Below are positions 31,850 to 42,205 of a stretch of 64,000 nt of DNA, piece by piece. This DNA comes from Minisyncoccia bacterium (GTDB taxonomy: Bacteria; Patescibacteriota; Minisyncoccia; Phycocordibacterales; UBA918), in NCBI GenBank assembly GCA_041750655.1, contig JBGSYZ010000017.1:4142-68141 (forward strand), in the 5' to 3' direction. The translations under genes were made by a program, and so were the position numbers. Position 1 is the first letter of the stretch. Each line of letters begins with the position of its first letter. The notes beneath the pieces were generated by a model, which was not told the origin of the DNA, ran no database searches, and saw nothing but the letters and a program-made list of their open reading frames with translations.

Positions 31850-32287
31850 ATGCGTATCAAAAATTCACTTTCGATTCTGGCCTTGTTGCTGGTTGTCCTG
31901 GCTGGCTGTGCGGAAAGCACAACTGCCCACAAGTCCGCTCCGGTCTATTCCGGCGGCGGTTCTTCTGGGGGTAACCCCTATGGAGGGCTCCAAGACACCC
32001 GACCTGACGGCAACGTTGGGGGTTTGGTGTCCGGAGGGAACGTTGTGACCCGACCCAATGAGGTCGGGCCTGTTGCCGATGACAACGTCTCAACCCCCCC
32101 GGGAAAGATTACGAGCCCGGTTACTGGTGCTGGCGGAGGTTCTTCCTCCACCGGAACAACCGGTGGTGGGGCTGGTGGTGCTGGCCCGACCAATCCAGGG
32201 GGGACCAATACCGGAACAACTGGCGGCGGCTCACCTACGAGCACCGACGCTGGCAACAGCAACAGTTTTGGTCCCATAAGCAGTTAG
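31850..32287 (+). CDS. Orphan Gly/Thr/Ser-rich low-complexity lipoprotein
   Basis: MRIKNSL start behind GAAAGGG; lipobox LAG|C. Confidence 0.75.
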   Translation: MRIKNSLSILALLLVVLAGCAESTTAHKSAPVYSGGGSSGGNPYGGLQDTRPDGNVGGLVSGGNVVTRPNEVGPVADDNVSTPPGKITSPVTGAGGGSSSTGTTGGGAGGAGPTNPGGTNTGTTGGGSPTSTDAGNSNSFGPISS

Positions 32288-32296
32288 GAGTTCGCA

Positions 32297-32749
32297 ATGA
32301 ATTTTCGTTTCGTAGCGTTGGCGTTGGGTTTTGTGTTTGCTGGCAGCTCTGTGATGGCATGCAGCGAATACAAGGTCAGCGATTGTCCGCCGAATCCGAT
32401 TCCGGCGGTAGTCAAGTTCAAAGGTGAACAGACAATTCCTAAACCCATCACGGTCTGGGTATGTCACCCATATTGGGATCGCCTCAATGGTGACCCTGCC
32501 AAGGGAGAACGGTGGTGGGGACCTACCATGAAGTACCAAAGGACCGGCTGGAAAAAAGACCTTCAGCCGATTCTGACCAGGTGTAAGAAGTTCTCGGTTC
32601 GTGCTGGGACATCTATCACCACCCTGGCTTCGTGCCTGGAAGGTCGGGAAATCTCGACTGGCCCCATGACTGTTTCGGGAACCTACCTGATGGGGCTCCC
32701 TCGCCCACCCAAGGGCGACCCGAAGTCAGGCTTGTTCTTGGGTTCATGA
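32297..32749 (+). CDS. Orphan secreted Cys-containing protein
   Basis: AGGAG SD; signal peptide ending VMA|C. Confidence 0.7.
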   Translation: MNFRFVALALGFVFAGSSVMACSEYKVSDCPPNPIPAVVKFKGEQTIPKPITVWVCHPYWDRLNGDPAKGERWWGPTMKYQRTGWKKDLQPILTRCKKFSVRAGTSITTLASCLEGREISTGPMTVSGTYLMGLPRPPKGDPKSGLFLGS

Positions 32750-32757
32750 TCTTTGGA

Positions 32758-32784
32758 GAGTGCCAGCGCTTTGCGTTGGCACTC
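32758..32784 (+). terminator. Hairpin ending the orphan unit
   Basis: GAGTGCCAGCGC-ttt-GCGTTGGCACTC. Confidence 0.7.
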
Positions 32785-32854
32785 ACCACTATTTTTATTT
32801 CTAATATTCTTGCGTACGGGTGTAGGTGAGAATATTACGAGTTAGAAATTATAT

Positions 32855-35800
32855 ATGAGTAAAATTAATAATGTATTTAAAACTTTTGCTATAGCTTCGC
32901 TGTTATTGGTAGTTGGGTTTTTGGTAGTACAAACTGTTTCTGTACCACAAATTGCTTCTGCGTATGGTGATAGTGGCTGTGGCGACTGTGGCGGTGGCAC
33001 CCCTGGTGGTGACACGGGCGGCGGTAGTTCTTCAAATCCCCCAAGTTGTAGTATTGATGCAGACATTACTTCAGTTGTAGCTGGTGGTAAGTATGTAATT
33101 ACATGGAAGGGTACACCAACAAACGCGACGTTTAAAGTGAATAATTCATTGGTTAAAGCTAATGATTCTGCAACCTACACATTTGATGTGGGAAACGAAT
33201 ACGAGCGATACGTTATTTACGGTGTAAATAGCGATGGTGAATGTGCTGATGAGGTCATTGTGTACCAAAAGACACAGGCTCCTATCTGTGATATTAGTGC
33301 TAACGTGACTTCGGTCAACGAAGGTGGCCAATACACTATTTCGTGGAATGGAACTCCAGCGGCTGCTTCATTTAAAATTAATGGTTCTCCAGTAACTGAT
33401 TCTGGATCAAAGACCTTTACATTTGTTGGTCCAAATCAGGACAAGTTCACTATGACCGGTAGTAATGGTTCGGCAACGTGTCAAAAAGAAGTAGTGGTCA
33501 CAAAAAAGGTTGTTACCACTCCTGATCCAGTTTGTACACTCAGTGCGGCACCGAAAACTATCGAGAAAGGACAGAGCTCTGTGCTTACGTGGACAACCGA
33601 TAATGCTACTCAAGTGGCGATCGATAAAGGAATTGGTGTTGTTACGAATCTTGATGGTTCAACCACGATTTCTCCAACCGAGACCACTACCTACACCCTT
33701 ACTGCCAGTGATGGCAAAAAACAAGTACAGTGCCCAGTAACTATTACAGTAACTGAAAAGCCAGTAGAAAAAGAATGTAAGCTACAAATTACCAAGTCGG
33801 TAAACAAAGCTACAGCTAAGATTGGTGAGCAACTTACTTATACTATTAGCGTAAAGAATGTTGGAACGGGTGACTGTACCGGTGGCGGTGTGAAGATTAT
33901 AGATGTTCATGATACTGGACTTCAGTATGTTTCAGAAACACACTCAGACAATCTAAGTGCTGGGTACAACTCTGAAGCACTATATACTGAAAGTTCAAAG
34001 ACACTTCGTTGGAATGGTCACACGCTGACACCTGGAGAAACAGGAACTATTACTTGGATTGGAAAAATCAAAGAGCGTGAACAGTGCGGTAACTTTGAAA
34101 TTTTAAACAAAGCTAAAACTACTGCTAAGGAATTAAACAATTTTGAAACTTGGGTAACGAGTAACCAAGTAGAGACTTTGGTGGAAAATAAGTGTGATGA
34201 AACACAACCATCATGTGAAATGACTGGTAATCCAAAGACTATCAAGAAAGGTGAATCGAGTACGCTAACGTGGAGCTCAACTAAAGTAACCGAAGCGAGT
34301 ATTGATCAAGGTGTTGGGGTGGTAAATCTAAGTGGTTCAAAGGTGGTTTCACCAGCGACAACCACTACGTACACCTTTGAAGGTAAGTTTGGTGGTGAAG
34401 ACTACCTGTACTGTCCCGTTACTATAACTGTAACAGAAGAACCCCAACCAGAAGCTCCAACGTGCGACAGCTTCTCTGCTACGCCGAACAGCTTTAATAA
34501 CGGAGTTGGTGGCGGTGTGACTCTAACGTGGACTACTACTAACGCAGACAGCGTTACTATTGACCACGGAGTTGGCACGGTACCGGTTGATGGTTCGACC
34601 GGAACTTCAGTCACTGATGACACTACATTCACTCTTACTGCTGTAAAAGGTGATACGTCTGTTTCTTGTCCAGTTACTGTAACTGTAACAGACCCAGAAA
34701 CACCAACCCTCTCATGTGATTCATTTTCAGCTTCACCATCTTCACTTCCACGAGGTGGCGGTAATACAGTCCTTACTTGGACTACTACTGGTGCAACTAA
34801 CGTATCGATCAATAATGGAGTTGGGACAGTAGCGGTTGATGGAAATGTTTCAGCTAATGTTACAGCTGAGACTACCTACACACTCACTCTCCGAGATGAT
34901 TTGGGTAATACTAAGACTTGTGACGCAACAGTCTTAGTAGCGACTGGCGGTGGTGGTGGCGGAGGAAGTGTTTCACCACGTTGTGAACTTACTATCTCTG
35001 ACACCAAAATTAAGTCAGGCGATAAAGTCACTCTCTCTTGGGATAATACTAGTACTAACGATATGGTGCTCGAAGACAATCGTGGCAATGTACTTATCGA
35101 TACCGAAAAGACTACTAAATACGATGAAGACGAAGGTTCTATTACAGTGAACCCAACGCGTGATACTGAGTACACTATGACTGTGTCTCGAGGAAGTCGT
35201 GACCGTGTCTGTCGAGTAAAGGTTGAAATGGATGATGATGTAACTGTTATTTCAACTCGAACTCAGACTCCACAAGTGGCTGGTATCTCACTTACTCAAG
35301 TACCATACACTGGATTCGAAGCAGGACCATTCCTCACTTTACTGTTCTATTCATTACTCGCTGTCTGGGCCGCGTTCATCGCATACATGATTGTGGTAAA
35401 AGAACAGACAGTAGCGGGAATTTCTCTCAGTGGAAACAAAGTCGTAACAAATAACAATAATGGTGTTTGGGAGGATCTGGTTGACCAAATGCACGATACT
35501 CTAGACAAGGATGATACCGGTGTAGTCGCAACCACTGCTGTAGCAGCTACTCCATACATCAGTCCAGTTAAGAATGATGATGGTACACCAGCTAATCTAC
35601 CAACTGGCGAAGCGCCAATCATGGGCTACAAGTCATTGGTTGAAAACATTGCTCCAGTAGCCGAAGAAGAAGTTGATGCTATGACTGATCTTGAAAATGC
35701 CGCTCACCTCAAGCAAGCGTTACTTTCGAGCGATGCTATCAACTACTTCATGGATAATTATTCAGACGCAGAAGCCCGCTTTAAAGCACTTACGAACACT

Positions 35801-36232
35801 ATCGAAAAAGCTAACGGTGAATTCCCGAGCGAGAGTGGTTGGATGGTATTGAACCTAGAACGTGTTCAAGAACTAAATAAAGTTGACGCGACTGCTGAAT
35901 CTGTACGTTTTGTTCCCGACACCCGAGTCGGAGTGAGCTCACTGGCTGAAGCGATTGTGACTGGTAATGTAGCGGCTGCTTACAGCATGATTGATAATCG
36001 TCCGATGTTTGCACTCGCTGATGCGGCTGCCGACCTTGACGCTGTCTACCGAGCCCGAAAGGGAATTGAAGCTGAAGTATCAAGTTTACTTGCTACTAGC
36101 TCAGCTCAGTTATCTGATTCGCAAGTTGAATCAATGATTAAAGCGCTCACATCAGCTCTTGATGGGGCATACACTGACGAAGAGTCAGCGGTTAAGATGG
36201 CTATTATGAAGGCTGTTAAGATTGCTGGCTAA
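32855..36232 (+). CDS. Large surface protein with Cys-bracketed Ig/PKD-like repeats, DUF11-like domain, VPYTG sorting-like motif, TM and C-terminal cytoplasmic domain
   Basis: Signal peptide; repeats PxC.....LTWTT....TTYTL...C; LQITKSV...LTYTISVKNVG; QVPYTG at 35297-35314 then hydrophobic helix. Confidence 0.8.
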   Translation: MSKINNVFKTFAIASLLLVVGFLVVQTVSVPQIASAYGDSGCGDCGGGTPGGDTGGGSSSNPPSCSIDADITSVVAGGKYVITWKGTPTNATFKVNNSLVKANDSATYTFDVGNEYERYVIYGVNSDGECADEVIVYQKTQAPICDISANVTSVNEGGQYTISWNGTPAAASFKINGSPVTDSGSKTFTFVGPNQDKFTMTGSNGSATCQKEVVVTKKVVTTPDPVCTLSAAPKTIEKGQSSVLTWTTDNATQVAIDKGIGVVTNLDGSTTISPTETTTYTLTASDGKKQVQCPVTITVTEKPVEKECKLQITKSVNKATAKIGEQLTYTISVKNVGTGDCTGGGVKIIDVHDTGLQYVSETHSDNLSAGYNSEALYTESSKTLRWNGHTLTPGETGTITWIGKIKEREQCGNFEILNKAKTTAKELNNFETWVTSNQVETLVENKCDETQPSCEMTGNPKTIKKGESSTLTWSSTKVTEASIDQGVGVVNLSGSKVVSPATTTTYTFEGKFGGEDYLYCPVTITVTEEPQPEAPTCDSFSATPNSFNNGVGGGVTLTWTTTNADSVTIDHGVGTVPVDGSTGTSVTDDTTFTLTAVKGDTSVSCPVTVTVTDPETPTLSCDSFSASPSSLPRGGGNTVLTWTTTGATNVSINNGVGTVAVDGNVSANVTAETTYTLTLRDDLGNTKTCDATVLVATGGGGGGGSVSPRCELTISDTKIKSGDKVTLSWDNTSTNDMVLEDNRGNVLIDTEKTTKYDEDEGSITVNPTRDTEYTMTVSRGSRDRVCRVKVEMDDDVTVISTRTQTPQVAGISLTQVPYTGFEAGPFLTLLFYSLLAVWAAFIAYMIVVKEQTVAGISLSGNKVVTNNNNGVWEDLVDQMHDTLDKDDTGVVATTAVAATPYISPVKNDDGTPANLPTGEAPIMGYKSLVENIAPVAEEEVDAMTDLENAAHLKQALLSSDAINYFMDNYSDAEARFKALTNTIEKANGEFPSESGWMVLNLERVQELNKVDATAESVRFVPDTRVGVSSLAEAIVTGNVAAAYSMIDNRPMFALADAAADLDAVYRARKGIEAEVSSLLATSSAQLSDSQVESMIKALTSALDGAYTDEESAVKMAIMKAVKIAG

Positions 36233-36350
36233 AGTTTGTAAAATCCACAGCTACTTTGTTGCACTTCACTAAATAAGATTCATCGTACACTTGTACGCCT
36301 CATCATATTTAGCTAGTGCGCCGCGTATCTGAAAATTTTCTAAAACTTTA
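36230..36350. repeat. Long imperfect palindrome bounded by TA (copy 3)
   Basis: TAAAGTTT/AAACTTTA, GCACT/AGTGC, CTAAATA/TATTTAG, CGTAC/GTACG arms. Confidence 0.7.
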
Positions 36351-36386
36351 GTCTCTCAGAGATTGCTGTGGTAGTAACTTACTAGA

Positions 36387-36426
36387 GGCACGAAAAAACC
36401 CACCGTTAGGTGGGTTTTTTCGTGCC
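36387..36426. terminator. Bidirectional terminator
   Basis: GGCACGAAAAAACCCACC-gtta-GGTGGGTTTTTTCGTGCC. Confidence 0.9.
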
Positions 36427-36439
36427 GTCTACACTTGCC

Positions 36440-38200
36440 TTACATCTTCTTCGTATCAATCTCGGCGAGCAGATGATTGGCAGCCTCATCGATGGTCATT
36501 TCTTTAGATTCTCCATTTCGTGATTCAAGGGTTACTTTTTTATCAGCCACTTCTTTGTCGCCCACGACGATAAAGTAGGGAAGTTTTTCGGTCTTAGCGG
36601 TGCGTATTTTCTTACCCATTGATTCGTTGCTGGTATCTATCTCTACTCGCAAGCCAACCCCGTTCATTTCATCAAATACTTTTTGAGCATAGTCATTGTG
36701 TGTATCGCTAACTGGAATGATGCGAGCGTGAACTGGTGACAGCCACAGAGGGAAGTTACCGCCATAGTGCTCAATCAAAATACCAAGGAATCGATCCGGT
36801 GAACCAATGAGAGCCCGGTGAATCATTACAATTCGCTCTTTCTCACCTTTTTCGTTGATACAAGTCAGATCAAATCGCTCTGGCATACTGAAGTCGAGTT
36901 GCACGGTTGAAATTTGCCACTCACGACCAAGCGCGTCAACTGCCATAATATCTATTTTTGGTCCATAGAAAGCAGCTTCACCTTCAGCTTCTTTACTCTG
37001 TACGTCCTTTTCGTCTAATAGTTCTCGAAGAATGCCTTGCGAACGTTCCCAAACAGCATCATCGCCCAGGTATTTTTCTTTATTGTTGGGATCGCGTAGT
37101 GATAACCGTAACCAATAATCAATACCGTAAGTGGCTAAGGCATCTTGAATTGCATCGAGAATGTTTGATATTTCTTCCCGGATTTGAATTTCACGACAAA
37201 AGACATGCCCGTCATCTTGAGCAAAAGCTCGAAGGCGAGTTAGGCCAGAGAGTTCGCCTGGACGTTCGTCGCGGTAGAGGTTGGCGAAGTCTGAATAACG
37301 GATAGGAAGGTCACGATAACTGCGGGGTCGTGAAGCGTAGATTTGAGTATGTTGAGGACAATTCATCGGCTTGAGGAACATTTCGTCATCAACGTATTGG
37401 GAAGAAACCGACAACATATCTTCTTTGTACTGGTCGTAGTGACCAGAGATTTTAAAGAGTTCGCCCTTGTTTACGTTTGGTGTGTGTACTTCACCAAAGC
37501 CGAGGCGATGATTGAGCTTGCGTGAATAATTAATAATATTATTTCGCAATAAATTTCCCTTGGGAGTCCACAGTGGCATACCACTTCCCACTAAATCTGA
37601 GAAGACAAACAAATCCATTTCTTTGCCCAACTTTCGGTGGTCACGCTTGCGAGCCTCCTCGCGGTCAGCCTCGTACTTTTCGAGTTCTTCTTTTGAGTCA
37701 AACGCTAAGCCATAAATACGAGTAAGCATTGGGTTTTTTTCATCACCACGCCAGTAAGCCCCGGCAATTTTGTCGAGCTTGAAACTGTCAGTGCTTATTT
37801 CTTCAGCCGGGTTTTCCGCGTGTCCGCCCCGACAAAGATCAGTAAACTCATTTTTGCCTTCACCAACGGTATAAAGAGTAATGGTCTCGCCCTTATCAGC
37901 AATTTCGTTGATGAGCTCAGATTTGTACTGGTTGTCTTTATATATTTCCAATGCTTCTTCCCGACTGACTTCTTTGTGAGAAAAATCTTTCCAATTGCCC
38001 AGCATTTTACGCATGTGGGTTTGGATTTTCTTTAAATCTTCCTCACCAGGAGTAGTGCCGCCGGAAAAATCAATGTCGTAGTAAAAGCCGTTGTCGATAG
38101 CTGGACCGAGGGTCAGTTTAGCGTGTGGGTAGTCAATCAAAACCGCCGCCGCTAAGAGGTGGGCAAGAGTATGTCTTTTTTGTTCTAAATTTTTGTCCAT
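36440..38200 (-). CDS. thrS: Threonine-tRNA ligase (lacks TGS domain)
   Basis: RHTLAH, DLCRGGH, RDHRKLG, KPMNCP, FYGPK, MIHRA; start moved to MDKNLE. Confidence 0.97.
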   Translation of the reverse strand: MDKNLEQKRHTLAHLLAAAVLIDYPHAKLTLGPAIDNGFYYDIDFSGGTTPGEEDLKKIQTHMRKMLGNWKDFSHKEVSREEALEIYKDNQYKSELINEIADKGETITLYTVGEGKNEFTDLCRGGHAENPAEEISTDSFKLDKIAGAYWRGDEKNPMLTRIYGLAFDSKEELEKYEADREEARKRDHRKLGKEMDLFVFSDLVGSGMPLWTPKGNLLRNNIINYSRKLNHRLGFGEVHTPNVNKGELFKISGHYDQYKEDMLSVSSQYVDDEMFLKPMNCPQHTQIYASRPRSYRDLPIRYSDFANLYRDERPGELSGLTRLRAFAQDDGHVFCREIQIREEISNILDAIQDALATYGIDYWLRLSLRDPNNKEKYLGDDAVWERSQGILRELLDEKDVQSKEAEGEAAFYGPKIDIMAVDALGREWQISTVQLDFSMPERFDLTCINEKGEKERIVMIHRALIGSPDRFLGILIEHYGGNFPLWLSPVHARIIPVSDTHNDYAQKVFDEMNGVGLRVEIDTSNESMGKKIRTAKTEKLPYFIVVGDKEVADKKVTLESRNGESKEMTIDEAANHLLAEIDTKKM

Positions 38201-38213
38201 AGTTTTTATAGAG

Positions 38214-38424
38214 TCGAACAATTTAATTCCTGTGAGATTCAACGGCTTCGCGCCTGTTGGCGCTGCAGATGTTTCTCTACACAGGAATTAAATTGTTCGA
38301 TACGTTAATTTATTTTTTGTAATACTTAAAGGTTGCAGTTAAGGGCTGATAAAAATTGTTATTTAGGGAAACATCTGCAGCGCTCGCGCGAAGCCGTTGA
38401 TTCTAATAACTATTTTTGTCAGCC
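38214..38424. repeat. Two inverted hairpin elements with shared core upstream of thrS
   Basis: 38214-38300 and 38344-38424: unrelated about 20-bp stems enclosing reverse-complementary GAAACATCTGCAGCGC..GCGCGAAGCCGTTGA cores. Confidence 0.85.
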
Positions 38425-38645
38425 TGTTATGGTAATAGGATAAAAAATAGCCCAAGTAAATACACGAAAATAATGTACTTACTCGGACGATTTTAGTCGC
38501 GGTCCCACCGAGTTTCTGGGCGGTATACCGACCTCAGCACTTCGTTAATCAGATTAGGAGTTTCCTCGCAAAGCTGGCAGTTGGTAAGCGCCACAATCTC
38601 TGATACATAAATCCTACCGCGCCAGCTTAGTTTGTCAATAAAAAA

Positions 38646-38672
38646 ATCGCCGGGCCTGTAGGGCCCGGCAAT
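38646..38672 (-). terminator. Terminator of dnaE/orphan unit
   Basis: GCCGGGCC-loop-GGCCCGGC followed by T tract on minus strand. Confidence 0.8.
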
Positions 38673-38677
38673 GATTA

Positions 38678-38884
38678 TTAGGATTTGTGTTGTCGGAGCA
38701 TAGCTCGCAGACATTCAGCTTGATGGGCTGTTGCTTCAGATGTTGTACCATGTCGTTTTTCGTCAATACACTCTTCAGCTTGACGAATCAGACCAGGTCG
38801 AGCATTAACTGGTATTTGCTCAATTTTGACACCAACTGCTCGGGCTTCATTTTGTAGAAAAATGTGTGCGTCAGACTCGGGCAT
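38678..38884 (-). CDS. Small orphan helical protein
   Basis: 68 aa, CAGGGAGGAA SD, terminator directly downstream. Confidence 0.7.
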   Translation of the reverse strand: MPESDAHIFLQNEARAVGVKIEQIPVNARPGLIRQAEECIDEKRHGTTSEATAHQAECLRAMLRQHKS

Positions 38885-38922
38885 GTTGTTCCTCCCTGAA
38901 CATGTATACCTCTAAACGTAAA

Positions 38923-41900
38923 TTACGCCTCAGCTGGGACGTTGTCAACTTCACTAAGCACAGGTTGGTTGGGGTCGAGGGATTTTACTTTATCTAAGAG
39001 TACACTCGGTTCGTCGTTTCTAATACTCAATTTACCCTTAATAGCCACGCATTGTCCTGGCTGTAGTAGTAGTCGGTGGTTTTGATATATCTCCGGGAAA
39101 GCCACGGTCTCGATAGTGTCCTTTTGGTCAGCCAGACGAATAAAAGCCATCCGGTCACCTTTTTTCGTTAGTAGTTCTTTGACTGACTCTACCAGACCAG
39201 TGGTTACTACCTCGCCTTTAAATCGGACTATTTGGATTTCTTCTTTTTCTTCTACCGCTTTTTTTATTTCCCCGATTGCAGTTCGTTTGGCGGTTTCGGC
39301 TTTGAAGGCATCAAGCGGATGACCGGATACGTACACTCCGAGCAATTCTTTTTCCCATAGTAGTTTTTGTTCTTTGGTAGCTGGGTTTGCATCAGGAATT
39401 TGGAGAGAATCTTCGGCACTCATTACTGCACCAAAAAGAGAATCTTGACCGGTTTCTTTACCAGCGACATGCTCACGATTGAATTCAAGTAAGTACTCAG
39501 TGGCAGCATAGAGTTTGCCGCGTTCTTCAAAACTATCAAACGCTCCGGTCATTACCAACGCTTCGATAGATTTTTTGTTGAGATTTTTGTCGTGGACGCG
39601 AGTGAGAAAGTTGGCCAGGGAAGTGTACTCACCGTTAGTTTTACGTTCTTCTACAATCGCGTGCGCAATTCCTTCACCAAAGTTTTTGATAGTAGTAAGT
39701 CCAAACCGAATACGATTTTCATTTGGTACTACCGAAAAATCTTCGAATGACTCGTTAATGTCTGGTGGCAACACATCAATCCCCATACGTTCGCACTCAT
39801 GGATAATTTCGGAAATCTTTTCTGTATCGCCGGCATCAGCGGTGAGTACTGCACTCATGTACTCCACTGGGTAATTAGCCTTCATATAGGCTGTTTGGTA
39901 AGCCACCCGGCCATAACTTGCCGCGTGAGCCTTGTTAAACCCATAGCCCTGGAATGGTTCGAAGAGCTGCCAAAGCTTTTCAGCGAACGCTTCAGTTTGT
40001 CCGTGTTCAACAATACCTTGGGTTAGTTTGTCTTTCTCAGCGGCCATTACTTCCGGGATCTTTTTACCCATGGCTTTACGAAATTTGTCAGCTTCGAGCC
40101 AACTATAGCCAGCCAGTTTTATAGAACTTAATAGCACATCCTCTTGGTACACAATTACCCCGAGTGATTCTTTCAGGTATTCTTCCATACGAGGGTCGGG
40201 GTAGGAAATAAGAGTTGGGTTGTGTTTTCGAGCAATGTACTCTGGTATGTTGGCCATTGGACCAGGGCGATAGAGAGCTACCATGGCGTTAATATCGTGG
40301 ATGCTGGTGGGTTTGAGTTGTTTGAGAAAAGCGGTCATGCCCGTGCCGTTGAGTTGGAATAATCCCATGGTTTCACCCCGAGCGAGCATGTCGAACGTGG
40401 TTTTGTCATCGATCGGAATATTTTCAATATCAACTTCTACACCACGAATCTTTTTAACTCGTTTCACTGCGTCAGCCAAAATGGCCAGGTTTTTTATACC
40501 AAGAAAGTCAAATTTCAAGAGACCAACACCGTCTTCACCGACGCTATGCATTTCGTACTGTGTGATAAATTTTCCGGTTTTGGAGTCGACTTGAATCGGT
40601 ACAAATTTATTCAAAGGTTCGGGAGCAATCACGACTCCGGCAGCATGTACACCCACGTGCCGAGCGCGCCCCTCAATCTTTTTTGCCAAATCAATTACTT
40701 CACGACTTTCTGGATCTTTCTTATAGAGTTCTTTTAAATCTGGTTCAATCTCGATCGCTTTGTCGATAGTCATCGGGAAGCCTTGCGCGCCGAGCGGAAT
40801 CAGTTTGGCAATACGATCACCGACCGAGTAGGAGTGACCTAGAGCCCGCGCCACGTCTCGCACGGCGGCGCGCGCCATCATAGTTCCGAAGGTGCCGATC
40901 TGCGCTACTTTATCTTCACCATATTTTTGCTTGGCATATTCGATAATTTCATCACGCCGATTATCAGCGTAGTCCATGTCGATGTCCGGCGCCGATGGTC
41001 GCTCGGGATTGAGAAAACGCTCGAAGGGGATTTTGTACGCTACCGGATCTACGTTGGTAATTCCGAGCACGTAGGTAGTAAGCGAGCCGGCCACCGAACC
41101 ACGAATAGTAGTAAGGATTTTTCTTTCGCGAGCTTCTCGTAGCAAGTCTCCCACTACCAAGAAATACTTGGCATAGCCTTTGGCTTTTATAATGCCCAGT
41201 TCGTAGTCTAGACGTTCTTTTATTTCCGGATTGTCTAATGATAAACCGCGCCACGCAACACCAGCGTAGGCGGTGTCTCGTAGTTCATCGTCTGGCTCTT
41301 TACCACTTTCGATTGTGTAGTCTGGAAACATCCACGCTTCCTGGCCGAGTTTTATTTCAACATTACAAGCTTCGGCAATTTTTACAGTGTTACTAAGGGC
41401 TTCGGGGGTGTCGATGAAGCGCTCTTTCATTTGAGCTTGAGTAGTGAAAGAAAAGTCTTCAGAACGTTCTTCACTAGTGTCTACTACTCCACCGCTTTGG
41501 ATTTTTATCATTACTTCGCGAGCCACAGCGTCATCTTTTGTCATATAGTAGATGTCTTGGGCTGCCACTAATGGAGTTGAGGATTTTTTGGCAATATCAA
41601 TAATCTTGGTCTGGTTGCTCATGTGTCCGAGTATTTCTGGATGATGAGTGATTTCTAGGTAACAATTTTCACCGTAAGTGGCCCGATACCAATCGAGTGC
41701 GGCACCGGCTCGTTCAGTATCATCGTCTTTTAGCCGCTGGGCAACCTCTCCAGCAAAAGAAGGGATAATACACACAAGGCCTTCGGCATGGGCTTTGAGC
41801 AGATCGTAATCAACTCGGGGTCGATAGTAAAAACCATCGACATTTGAGCGAGTTACAATTTCAATTAGGTTTTGGTAGCCCTCGAATGTCTTGGCGAGCA

Positions 41901-42183
41901 ATACTACGCGAGAGCGGGGTTTATCGATATTTGGTTCTTTATCAAAACGAGTGCGAGGAGCTAGGAAGGCGTCGATACCTAAAATAGGCTTCACGTCAGC
42001 ATCTTTAGCCTTGGTGTAAAAATCAATCACCCCATACATAGCGCCATTGTCAGTGATGGCCATGGCGTCTTGACCGTCTTCTTTGGCGGCTTTTATTAGC
42101 TCTTTGGGTGTGGGGATAGCGTTAAGAAGGGAGAAGTGGGAGTGGGTATGGAGGTGGACGAATTCCGCTTTTAGGCTGCTCAT
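38923..42183 (-). CDS. dnaE: DNA polymerase III alpha subunit
   Basis: HLHTHS PHP domain, RGS, FERFLNPER, PDIDMD, YGFNKAH, OB fold; start moved to MSSLKA. Confidence 0.97.
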   Translation of the reverse strand: MSSLKAEFVHLHTHSHFSLLNAIPTPKELIKAAKEDGQDAMAITDNGAMYGVIDFYTKAKDADVKPILGIDAFLAPRTRFDKEPNIDKPRSRVVLLAKTFEGYQNLIEIVTRSNVDGFYYRPRVDYDLLKAHAEGLVCIIPSFAGEVAQRLKDDDTERAGAALDWYRATYGENCYLEITHHPEILGHMSNQTKIIDIAKKSSTPLVAAQDIYYMTKDDAVAREVMIKIQSGGVVDTSEERSEDFSFTTQAQMKERFIDTPEALSNTVKIAEACNVEIKLGQEAWMFPDYTIESGKEPDDELRDTAYAGVAWRGLSLDNPEIKERLDYELGIIKAKGYAKYFLVVGDLLREARERKILTTIRGSVAGSLTTYVLGITNVDPVAYKIPFERFLNPERPSAPDIDMDYADNRRDEIIEYAKQKYGEDKVAQIGTFGTMMARAAVRDVARALGHSYSVGDRIAKLIPLGAQGFPMTIDKAIEIEPDLKELYKKDPESREVIDLAKKIEGRARHVGVHAAGVVIAPEPLNKFVPIQVDSKTGKFITQYEMHSVGEDGVGLLKFDFLGIKNLAILADAVKRVKKIRGVEVDIENIPIDDKTTFDMLARGETMGLFQLNGTGMTAFLKQLKPTSIHDINAMVALYRPGPMANIPEYIARKHNPTLISYPDPRMEEYLKESLGVIVYQEDVLLSSIKLAGYSWLEADKFRKAMGKKIPEVMAAEKDKLTQGIVEHGQTEAFAEKLWQLFEPFQGYGFNKAHAASYGRVAYQTAYMKANYPVEYMSAVLTADAGDTEKISEIIHECERMGIDVLPPDINESFEDFSVVPNENRIRFGLTTIKNFGEGIAHAIVEERKTNGEYTSLANFLTRVHDKNLNKKSIEALVMTGAFDSFEERGKLYAATEYLLEFNREHVAGKETGQDSLFGAVMSAEDSLQIPDANPATKEQKLLWEKELLGVYVSGHPLDAFKAETAKRTAIGEIKKAVEEKEEIQIVRFKGEVVTTGLVESVKELLTKKGDRMAFIRLADQKDTIETVAFPEIYQNHRLLLQPGQCVAIKGKLSIRNDEPSVLLDKVKSLDPNQPVLSEVDNVPAEA

Positions 42184-42205
42184 GAGGGTCATTATAGCAT
42201 CGCTC

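Noticed and set aside
38493-38714. 73-aa minus-strand ORF
   Set aside because: Overlaps the upstream orphan and runs through its terminator
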